Positions 1 to 6,038 of a stretch of 10,623 bases of DNA are shown here, piece after piece (within the stretch, counting starts at the first letter, position 1; every line of letters begins with the position of its first letter). The stretch is from Bdellovibrionota bacterium. GTDB lineage: Bacteria > Bdellovibrionota_C > UBA2361 > OMII01. The position numbers and the translations under genes were made by a program. The stretch lies in assembly GCA_044356215.1 (NCBI GenBank), contig JBIKWQ010000093.1, positions 1 through 10,623 on the forward strand, in the 5' to 3' direction. The notes beneath the pieces were generated by a model, which saw only the letters and a list, made by a program, of their open reading frames with translations, did no database searches and was not told the DNA's origin.

Positions 1-76
1 GCAGAGGACACAGAGAAAACCCCATAATTGCCCATAAAATGGCCGTTCTCTGTGTCCTCTGCGTCCTCTGTGGTGA
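1..76. repeat. Palindromic repeat with 9-bp periodic arms (REP-like), cut by the left window edge
   Basis: 1-17 GCAGAGGACACAGAGAA is the exact reverse complement of 46-62 TTCTCTGTGTCCTCTGC. The right arm is three 9-mers (TTCTCTGTG, TCCTCTGCG, TCCTCTGTG at 46-72) followed by GTGA. The loop carries CCCATAA twice (21-27, 31-37). Confidence 0.85.
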
Positions 77-143
77 TAAAGAACTGCGATGCCCTAGTTG
101 GGGGGTAGATTCGTCGGATTTTCCGTGAGATAATTAGGTTTCT

Positions 144-1004
144 ATGAGCATTATTTCGCACGGGTACTCTGGTGATAAAGAATCAAGTGGATCAGATCCG
201 CGAATCACTAAACTTAAAAATGAGCTAAGAGAGTTTGATTTAGGGCGCTTCCTACTCGACAATCGGGGGCTTAATGGGCGATGGACCTCCTATGTGTTGA
301 TGTATCCGGATAGAGGTCGGGCGTCTAATCTGAGTAGCGATGGATCTCAACTTAAGGAGTTGGAGTCATGGTTGCTTAACAGGTGTCCGATATTCGCGGC
401 GACTCAAGAGAGATTCCGAATCTTTCGTGAATTGACTCAGCCGTTGCTTCGCTCAGATATGAAAATAGCCTCGCTTCCTAGTGGGCTGATGGATGATTTG
501 CTAACACTTGATTACTCCTCTGTCGATAACGTAGAGGTAACGGCCATAGATCTTGATCCAGATAGCTTAGAGGCCGCCAGCATTAATCATAAGCAGCTAA
601 ATACTCCTGTAGTCGTTAAGTTTGAGCAGCGTGATGCGTGGGCTCTCGATTCTTTTGAACGTTGGGATCTGATAACCAGTAATGGGCTAAACATCTATGT
701 AGCTGAGGATGAGAGTTGCACGGATTTATATCGCAGTATCTCTAAATCCCTTAAACCAGGCGGAATGTTTGTGATGAGTTTTATCACTCCGCCAGATCGG
801 TGGGAGCCAAAATCACCAGAGGACCTTGCACAGCAGCGTTTTCTTTTTACTAACGTGATGCCGGTCAGGTGGAGCTGTGTACGAGATGAGAGTAAAACTA
901 GACAGCAGCTTGACGCCGCCGGTTTTGAGGTCGTTTCAATTAGGTATGATTCACAGCGGATGTTTCCGGCAGTTCTAGCTCGTAAGCTTTCCTCGAGAAG
1001 TTAG
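144..1004 (+). CDS. Class I SAM-dependent methyltransferase, substrate unknown
   Basis: 286 aa. Motif-I-like IASLPSGLMDD, acidic motif II VTAIDLD, then RDAW, WDLITSNG and SLKPGGMFV in the order expected for a Rossmann-fold methyltransferase. Confidence 0.85.
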   Translation: MSIISHGYSGDKESSGSDPRITKLKNELREFDLGRFLLDNRGLNGRWTSYVLMYPDRGRASNLSSDGSQLKELESWLLNRCPIFAATQERFRIFRELTQPLLRSDMKIASLPSGLMDDLLTLDYSSVDNVEVTAIDLDPDSLEAASINHKQLNTPVVVKFEQRDAWALDSFERWDLITSNGLNIYVAEDESCTDLYRSISKSLKPGGMFVMSFITPPDRWEPKSPEDLAQQRFLFTNVMPVRWSCVRDESKTRQQLDAAGFEVVSIRYDSQRMFPAVLARKLSSRS

Positions 1005-1229
1005 CTCTGCCGCAAGGCACTGCTTATATGCCTCTTGGGGGCTTAACAAGCCTTCTTTGGGGGAGGGAATACCCTCTTCAGCTCTCTAATGTTTAGCCGA
1101 ACGCAAGGCTTCGATTTTAAACGCGCGTTAGCTCACGCGTATGCGGTACCTTCGTTTGTTCTGAAATAGCTCCTATCGCCGAGAAAAAGTCCCTCGACGG
1201 GCATATGATCTAAATGCAATACTTTTGGT

Positions 1230-1469
1230 GTGAATCCAACTATTTACTCTGAAGGTCCCTACCGTTTCTTCTTCTTCTCAAGAGAGGAACCCAGACCTCA
1301 TGTACATGTGATATCATCAAACGGAGAGGCGAAGTTTTGGCTTGAGCCCGTCGTCGCTCTAGCGGACTCGGAGGGGTTAAAGCCCCTAGAGCTTCGGCGA
1401 ATTCAAAAAATTGTGGAGCGTCAAAGTGAAAAGTTCCGGAAAGCTTGGAAAGATTTTTTTGGGGTGTGA
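1230..1469 (+). CDS. DUF4160 family protein (putative HicA-like toxin of a DUF4160/DUF2442 pair)
   Basis: 79 aa from a GTG start. MNPTIY..GPYRFFFFSREEPRPHVHV..GEAKFWL..AWKDFFG matches the DUF4160 pattern, and the gene overlaps a downstream DUF2442 gene. Confidence 0.88.
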   Translation: MNPTIYSEGPYRFFFFSREEPRPHVHVISSNGEAKFWLEPVVALADSEGLKPLELRRIQKIVERQSEKFRKAWKDFFGV

Positions 1470-1743
1470 GGTAGCTAACATCTCGCCATTTGGGGTGTGG
1501 GTGCTAGTTAGCGGTCGCGAGTACTTTCTCGACCACAAAAAGTTTCCTTGGTTCAAGGGGGCCGCGGTTGAAGATGTTCTGAACGTAGAGAGCCCTAGTA
1601 CAGGACATCTTAGGTGGCCAGCTCTTGATGTCGATTTGCACCTAGAGTCTATAAGCTCGCCGGAGCAGTTTCCTTTGGTGGCTCGTACCAACGGGCATAA
1701 CAAGAAGGCGGTGCGGAGGACCAAACGTCCCCGCACGCATTGA
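1426..1743 (+). CDS. DUF2442 family protein (putative antitoxin partner of DUF4160)
   Basis: EVANISPFGVWVL..FPWF..HLRWPALDVDL..SI..PEQFPL is the DUF2442 pattern. Start reassigned from the ORF-track TTG at 1411 to GTG 1426, which has GGAG (1415-1418) 7 nt upstream. The last ~16 codons run through the attC-like site. Confidence 0.85.
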   Translation: MKSSGKLGKIFLGCEVANISPFGVWVLVSGREYFLDHKKFPWFKGAAVEDVLNVESPSTGHLRWPALDVDLHLESISSPEQFPLVARTNGHNKKAVRRTKRPRTH

Positions 1744-1751
1744 CGTTATAC
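1695..1751 (+). mobile_element. attC-like recombination site (57 bp)
   Basis: R'' GCATAAC 1695-1701; L'' GCGGTGCG 1708-1715 pairs with L' CGCACGC 1732-1738 with one extra base; GAGGAC/GTCCC gives a second extra base; R' GTTATAC 1745-1751. The left spacer is 6 nt rather than the usual 5. Confidence 0.75.
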
Positions 1752-1853
1752 GCTTTTCTTTTCGCGCCTTCTCCAGTAGCCAGGTCGTCTTTTAGCATGA
1801 GCGATTGCTACAATCTCAATTGTATCTATTTTTATTCGAAATATTACAGAATA
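1746..1853 (-). pseudogene. C-terminal remnant of a RelE/ParE-family toxin
   Basis: Minus strand 1853->1746 translates as YSVIFRIKIDTIEIVAIAHAKRRPGYWRRREKKSV*, the characteristic C-terminus (..YSVIYR..IVAVAH.KRRPGYW) of toxins paired with TIGR02574-type antitoxins. The N-terminal part is absent. Not listed in the ORF track. Confidence 0.85.
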
Positions 1854-2052
1854 GAGAAGACCACGTAATTCCAACTGTATTACCAGAGTCAAGGTCCTCA
1901 ATTCTAGCTTTTAACTCTACTTCCCAAGCCGCTTCTACATCCCCAGTTTCTTCTTCCTCAAGACTCGCGATAAGCGACGCGGCCAATCCTGCTCTTTCAA
2001 CTTCCGTGAGGGCGAGTGCCTGATTTAATACTTTCTTTACATCTTCTGTCAT
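1816..2052 (-). CDS. Addiction-module antitoxin (TIGR02574 / Unstab_antitox-like) with an altered C-terminus
   Basis: MTEDVKKVLNQALALTEVERAGLAASLIASL..VEAAWEVELKARIEDLDSGNTVGITW matches the family pattern (AL.L...ERA.LA..L..SL..AW..E...R....SG....I.W). The tail after ITW is toxin DNA read out of frame. ATG 2052 is preferred over TTG 2082. Confidence 0.85.
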   Translation of the reverse strand: MTEDVKKVLNQALALTEVERAGLAASLIASLEEEETGDVEAAWEVELKARIEDLDSGNTVGITWSSLFCNISNKNRYN

Positions 2053-2073
2053 GTAAGTAGTGTACTGCATTGT

Positions 2074-2167
2074 GTATAGCAAATAAATGCAAAAGATTTC
2101 GCGCCATTAACTACTTAGTTTGACTAAACATCCCTAAGGCGCCAGCCTTTCGATTTGGACGATCTTT
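2074..2167 (+). mobile_element. Degenerate attC-like site (94 bp)
   Basis: The left arm GTATAGC-AAATA-AATGCAAA-AGATT aligns with GTATAAC-ACGGA-AATGCAGC-AGATT of the 2745 site. The right arm CT-TTCGATT-TGGAC-G aligns with CT-GCTGATT-TAGGC-G. Inner GCGCC/GGCGC pair (2101-2105/2138-2142). R'' has AAC->AGC and R' reads GATCTTT. Confidence 0.55.
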
Positions 2168-2281
2168 ATCGCCGCATTATCAGCGTTTAGCTGAGCTGTA
2201 TAGCTCAAAAGGTCGCTACTATTTTTAAAAACTAGCACGATAGGCACGCCGAATGCTTCTGCCTCTGGCGACTCTTCCAGC

Positions 2282-2542
2282 CTATAGATATACATCTCTA
2301 CGATGGCGCACTCGTTGAATCTCGATTTCTCGCCTCTGCTTGTTCACGATATAAATTACTCGATAGTCTCCAACTCGAATCCGAAAGGTATGTTCGGAGC
2401 CAATCAACTTCTTAGACGAAGCAGGAAACGGATTCTCTTCCAGAGCTTCTACGGCTTTAAGCACCCGGCGGACTGCTAATCGATCTAAACGCTTAAGGTC
2501 CTTGGCTACTGAGCCTTTAAAGGTGACCTTATAAGAGGCCAT
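2282..2542 (-). CDS. relE: Type II TA toxin, RelE/StbE family mRNA interferase
   Basis: 86 aa, basic. YKVTF..SVAKDLKRL..NPFP..KKL.G..FRIRVGDYRVIY..I.RVRHRRDVY is the canonical RelE pattern. Overlaps the upstream antitoxin by 14 bp. Confidence 0.92.
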   Translation of the reverse strand: MASYKVTFKGSVAKDLKRLDRLAVRRVLKAVEALEENPFPASSKKLIGSEHTFRIRVGDYRVIYIVNKQRREIEIQRVRHRRDVYL

Positions 2543-2723
2543 CTTTTTTAAGCCTCTTTTTCATTTGCTCGAATGATACTGTCTTGTCCTTTCGACGCTC
2601 GGCAACGGCAACGAGGTCCTGAATGTCCTCAAGCATCTCCTCATAGGTCTCAACAGGGAGGATAACTGATTTCTTGCGACCCTTCTCGTCGGTGACATAT
2701 TGAACTGCAGATGCTCTTTTCAT
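2529..2723 (-). CDS. Cognate RelB-like antitoxin
   Basis: 64 aa from ATG 2723 (TTG 2735 also possible). QYVTDEKGRKKSVILPVETYEEMLEDIQDL..AERR....SFEQMK pattern, immediately upstream of and overlapping relE. Confidence 0.85.
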   Translation of the reverse strand: MKRASAVQYVTDEKGRKKSVILPVETYEEMLEDIQDLVAVAERRKDKTVSFEQMKKRLKKDGLL

Positions 2724-2743
2724 GGTGCGTTCCAACTAAAAGG

Positions 2744-2752
2744 AGTATAACA
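2744..2752 (-). promoter_or_regulatory. Candidate extended -10 promoter (TGnTATACT) for the inverted antitoxin-relE operon, overlapping the attC R'' box
   Basis: Minus strand 2752->2744 reads TGTTATACT, 20 nt upstream of ATG 2723. No convincing -35 element. Confidence 0.5.
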
Positions 2753-2836
2753 CGGAAATGCAGCAGATTGCCGCAGGGCTCTCAAAAGTATAGGAGCTTT
2801 GAATAGGGGCGGCAACTGCTGATTTAGGCGTTATAC
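2745..2836 (+). mobile_element. Canonical attC site (92 bp)
   Basis: R'' GTATAAC 2745-2751, 5-nt spacer, L'' AATGCAGC 2757-2764 (one extra G) pairing with L' GCTGATT 2818-2824, AGATTGCCGC/GCGGCAACT stem with a second extra base (A), 5-nt spacer TAGGC, and R' GTTATAC 2830-2836 exactly complementary to R''. The next ATG follows 13 nt later. Confidence 0.9.
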
Positions 2837-2849
2837 GAGAAGAGAGTCT

Positions 2850-3398
2850 ATGAATATACGACCCGCCGAACCGCGTGAGCTGGCCTTGTGCGTCGCCCTT
2901 AACAATCGCTGCATTCTTGGCGAATCTGCTGACACTAACACTGGCTTCCTGCTTTCACCTCTTTCCATCGAAGAATTGGCTGCGTTCAGCAATGACGGAG
3001 TACTGAGAGTCGCCGTCCTTGAAGGGGACGTGGTTGGTTTCATACTAGCTTTTAAGAGGGAGAGTAAGTTCTTTACTAACCTATTGTCCCTGATGGCGAA
3101 CGTAGAATGGGTTGATCCCTCTATTCCGTCTATTAGTAAGCTTATGTATGTATACAAAAAAGCTGTCGAGCCGTCCTTTCGTCGTCGTGGAATAGCATCT
3201 TGTATGTATAAAGCACTTATTAGTGAGTTCAGCGAGTTTGGATTACTGGGCGCTACTGTGGAGAAGCCCGTATCGAATGAACCATCAAGGCTATTCCGAG
3301 AGCGTCATCAGTACCGCAGAGTCGGGACGTTTCATGCTGCGGAGTTTGAAGGTATTCAAGGGTATCAAAGTGGCATCTATTTCAAGAGCAGCGTATAA
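2850..3398 (+). CDS. GNAT family N-acetyltransferase
   Basis: 182 aa. N-terminal IRPA, beta strand VAVLEGDVVGFI, acetyl-CoA motif A AVEPSFRRRGIA and motif B SNEPSRLF..YRRVG. It has promoterless cassette geometry between two attC-like sites. Confidence 0.88.
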   Translation: MNIRPAEPRELALCVALNNRCILGESADTNTGFLLSPLSIEELAAFSNDGVLRVAVLEGDVVGFILAFKRESKFFTNLLSLMANVEWVDPSIPSISKLMYVYKKAVEPSFRRRGIASCMYKALISEFSEFGLLGATVEKPVSNEPSRLFRERHQYRRVGTFHAAEFEGIQGYQSGIYFKSSV

Positions 3399-3451
3399 TC
3401 AAAGACGCAAGCGCCCGGATGACGAGTTCCGGGTTATCGTTAGTGTTAGTC
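3393..3451 (+). mobile_element. Degenerate attC-like site (59 bp)
   Basis: R''-like GTATAAT contains the GNAT stop codon, and CGTATAA is complementary to TTATACG at 2831-2837. Inner stem CCCGGA/TCCGGG (3414-3419/3428-3433). R'-like GTTAGTC 3445-3451, with the next ATG 16 nt later. The L boxes pair poorly. Confidence 0.55.
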
Positions 3452-3467
3452 CTGATCGTAGAGACTT

Positions 3468-4295
3468 ATGTTAGTTAAATCCTCAAACCAAAAACATTCT
3501 ATTAGCCTTAGATTTTCAAACTCTGCTGATCTGATCGGAGAGATCCTCGCGGGAGAAGTTGTTTCGGAGATGCTCAAGCTCACGCCAGGGACTCTTTATT
3601 TCATGGGATTGCCGACAGGGAGGACTCCTATTCCTTTTCTTAAGTCATTCGTTTCCCAAATTTCTTCTTTGGATTCCGGGTTGCAAAAAGACCTCATTCG
3701 TAGCTTGAGCATTGTCGTGATGGATGATCTTGTTGACGCTAGCGGCAAGAACATTTCGCCGGATATTGAGTTCGGTGCTTTTGGCTTTATGAGAAAGCAT
3801 CTCCTCGAGCCACTCCGCCAATTTATTGATTGCAAAGACTTAGAAGAACGTATTTTTTTCCCGAAGCCAGGCGAGGTCGGAAATCTCAAGAAATTCGTGC
3901 TTGAAAACGGTGGAATGCCTTTTCAGATGATTGCCACCGATCCATTTGAGGGACATGTGGCGCAGAACTTTCCGAATGCGCCATTCCGCAAGACGGAGGC
4001 GGAGAAACAGGTCCCTCTGAGCCACGAATTTATTCGCCATAATCCGTGGGCCGAGCAGTATTCTGGAGTAACGTTTGATCTTGTCGATTTTGCAGAGATG
4101 GTCGCGGCACATCCATGCGGGCGAATAGTTGTCGTTATATCCGGTGCCACCAAACGCGATATTCTGGCCAAATTTTTTCAGAACCGGTCTGCTTCTGAAG
4201 ACTTTCCTTTATCGTATTTCTGGAGTTGTGAATGCCCGACAGAGCTGCACACTGATCAAACAGATGTGCTTGCCGATATTACCGAGCTTTCATGA
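3468..4295 (+). CDS. Divergent glucosamine-6-phosphate deaminase / 6-phosphogluconolactonase (NagB-fold) family protein
   Basis: 275 aa. MGLPTGRTP phosphate loop, VVMDD (NagB NMDEY), EGHVAQNFP (NagB DGHIAFNEP; 6PGL DGHTASLFP), VISGATK and FPLSY occur in the family order. Confidence 0.75.
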   Translation: MLVKSSNQKHSISLRFSNSADLIGEILAGEVVSEMLKLTPGTLYFMGLPTGRTPIPFLKSFVSQISSLDSGLQKDLIRSLSIVVMDDLVDASGKNISPDIEFGAFGFMRKHLLEPLRQFIDCKDLEERIFFPKPGEVGNLKKFVLENGGMPFQMIATDPFEGHVAQNFPNAPFRKTEAEKQVPLSHEFIRHNPWAEQYSGVTFDLVDFAEMVAAHPCGRIVVVISGATKRDILAKFFQNRSASEDFPLSYFWSCECPTELHTDQTDVLADITELS

Positions 4296-4299
4296 CAGG

Positions 4300-4319
4300 G
4301 CATAACAATCCGATCGAAA
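4300..4319 (+). mobile_element. Possible left half of a truncated attC site
   Basis: GCATAAC starts 4 nt after the NagB-like stop codon, followed by the typical spacer AATCC. GGGCATAACAA (4298-4308) is identical to 1693-1703. No matching L' or R' was found downstream. Confidence 0.4.
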
Positions 4320-4391
4320 CGCTCGCTTTAGTATTCGGACCAACTATTTAATTAACTTGTGAATTTCCAAAAACCAACCGATAACTAAACC

Positions 4392-6038
4392 ATGACTATC
4401 TGCCCCATAACAGACAGCGCTCAAATTAAGCGAACACCCTCGCGCATAGATAGCATTACACGAGCCAAAAACGAGATTTTTGATCTAATAGTAATTGGCG
4501 GAGGGATCCACGGTGTGTGCCTAGCTAAGATGGCTGCGCAGTCAGGGATCTCTGTCTTGCTGCTTGAGCAGAGTGACTTCGCGAGTGGGACTTCAAGTCG
4601 GAGTTCTAAGATGGCGCACGGAGGTTTGCGTTATTTAGAGATGTTTGATTTCGAGCAGGTCTATGAGGGGATCCGTTCACGTGAGGATCTCTTTAAGCGC
4701 ATGCCAAACTTGGCGCGGCCGGAGCGATTCCTTATCCCGATTAAGCGTGGTGATTACTGGTTTAGATTTAAACTGGGCGTTGGATTGACGATCTATGATC
4801 TGATGTCTCGCGGTAGCGCTCGCAGACATAAGTTGATTCCTGGAGTCTCGGAAGCTTTCGGAACTCACGCGGATCTCGCGGGATGCTTTGAGTATACCGA
4901 TGGGTTGATGAGTGATAGTAGGTTAGTTTTTGAATTCCTGACCGCCGCACGACAGCTAGGTGCGGTTACTTTAAATTATGCCCAAGTAGAATCGTGTAAG
5001 CTTGATAATTCAGATCTTTCAGAGGTTGTCTGGAGCGACCAAACACGAAACGAGAAGCATGTATCGCGTTGTAAGTTAGTCGTAAATTGCGCTGGACCTT
5101 GGGCGACAGAGATTAAAAGAGATCGAGGGCAGGGCTCGGATGTTAAGCTCCGTTATAGCAGGGGGTCACATTTAGTTTTCTCAACCCCCTGGAGATATCC
5201 ATCTTTATTTCTCCCACTTGAGGAGAAGGGCCGTTATTACTTCGTCTGGCCGCATCAAAGTGGAGGTACTCTAGTTGGAACAACTGAGCGTGAGGTGAGC
5301 GAACTAGACCTCGATCCACAACCTTCTCCGGATGAAGTAGAGGAGATACTAAAGAGGCTTGAGCGAGATCTCCCTCACGCTGGTCTAAATAGGGCTACTT
5401 TGAGTTACGGCTTCGCAGGAATAAGATCTCTTCCGGCGCGACCTGGAAGGCTAAATAGGGCAGGGGTTAGTCGTCTCTCTAGAAAGCATATCTGGGAACT
5501 AAAAGATGGGGTCTTAAGCCTCTATGGAGGAAAGTATACTACCTTTGCATGGACAGCGAGTGAGGGGTTAAGGCTCGTATTTAAGCGATTTAAGCGCGCG
5601 CTAAGTGAGCTTCCGGATCCGTATGATTGTCTTCCTAGTGTAGTTTCAGAGAGTGAGCGAGCGCGGCTAGTAAGCATGGTTAAATCAAAGATAGCTGTAT
5701 CTGATGACGCGCTAAATCGAGCCACTAGTCGCTTGGGTAACCAGGTGCTTATTTATTTAGATCGCCCTGAAGCGTGGAGTGAGATCTCAGAAGGGGTCTT
5801 AAATCTTGAAGCGATTCACGCCATCGAAGTAGAGCAAGCGGTGACGATAGAAGATCTGTTGCGAAGAAGGCTAGAGTTAGAGGCGACACCGTCACACGGA
5901 ATAGCGGCGCTAGATGCGCTAGAGCGGGAGTTAGGCAAAGTAGTCGAGCCCTCAATAGTTTCTATGCAGCGGGGTGAGTATTTGGGCAGGATTGAGGAGT
6001 TGATGCGGGTGTTGAAACCTACCTCCTCCCACCCTTAG
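4392..6038 (+). CDS. glpD: FAD-dependent glycerol-3-phosphate dehydrogenase/oxidase
   Basis: 548 aa. FAD motif DLIVIGGGIHG, signature DFASGTSSRSSKMAHGGLRYLE, VVNCAGPW, RGSHLV, GTTE, AGIRSL, SRKH, GGKYTT and C-terminal EQAVTIEDLLRRRL. Confidence 0.93.
   Translation: MTICPITDSAQIKRTPSRIDSITRAKNEIFDLIVIGGGIHGVCLAKMAAQSGISVLLLEQSDFASGTSSRSSKMAHGGLRYLEMFDFEQVYEGIRSREDLFKRMPNLARPERFLIPIKRGDYWFRFKLGVGLTIYDLMSRGSARRHKLIPGVSEAFGTHADLAGCFEYTDGLMSDSRLVFEFLTAARQLGAVTLNYAQVESCKLDNSDLSEVVWSDQTRNEKHVSRCKLVVNCAGPWATEIKRDRGQGSDVKLRYSRGSHLVFSTPWRYPSLFLPLEEKGRYYFVWPHQSGGTLVGTTEREVSELDLDPQPSPDEVEEILKRLERDLPHAGLNRATLSYGFAGIRSLPARPGRLNRAGVSRLSRKHIWELKDGVLSLYGGKYTTFAWTASEGLRLVFKRFKRALSELPDPYDCLPSVVSESERARLVSMVKSKIAVSDDALNRATSRLGNQVLIYLDRPEAWSEISEGVLNLEAIHAIEVEQAVTIEDLLRRRLELEATPSHGIAALDALERELGKVVEPSIVSMQRGEYLGRIEELMRVLKPTSSHP

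Larger units (their letters stand above)
1230..4340 (+). mobile_element. Integron-type gene-cassette array without an integrase in this window (CALIN or distal end of a chromosomal integron), partly degenerate
   Basis: Up to five same-orientation attC-like elements lie between short, functionally unrelated genes. The R' and R'' cores bounding the internal cassettes are complementary or nearly so. The cargo (TA modules, GNAT) is typical of cassettes. No tyrosine recombinase ORF is present. Boundaries are approximate. Confidence 0.78.

Noticed and set aside
1..76. CRISPR array interpretation of the short repeats
   Set aside because: The units are 9-bp tandem elements forming an inverted repeat, with no repeat-spacer periodicity and no cas genes.
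1386..1736. 116-aa minus-strand ORF
   Set aside because: Antisense shadow of the DUF4160/DUF2442 genes with no recognisable motif.
1805..2023. 72-aa plus-strand ORF
   Set aside because: Antisense to the addiction-module antitoxin; Ser-rich shadow translation.
2831..3157. 108-aa minus-strand ORF ending in the attC R' box
   Set aside because: Antisense to the GNAT gene with no family features. The stop coincides with R' simply because GTTA reads TAAC on the other strand.
3223..3474. 83-aa plus-strand ORF spanning the GNAT end and the attC-like site
   Set aside because: Alternative frame overlapping a well-supported gene; no motif or RBS.
3596..5955. Several short minus-strand ORFs (3596-3889, 3840-4112, 3923-4171, 4677-4868, 4768-4950, 5522-5725, 5749-5955)
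   Set aside because: All lie antisense within the NagB-like gene or glpD and show no independent coding evidence.
6019..6038. 20-bp convergent overlap of glpD and the DUF853 gene
   Set aside because: Short tail-to-tail overlaps are common; nothing suggests a special function.
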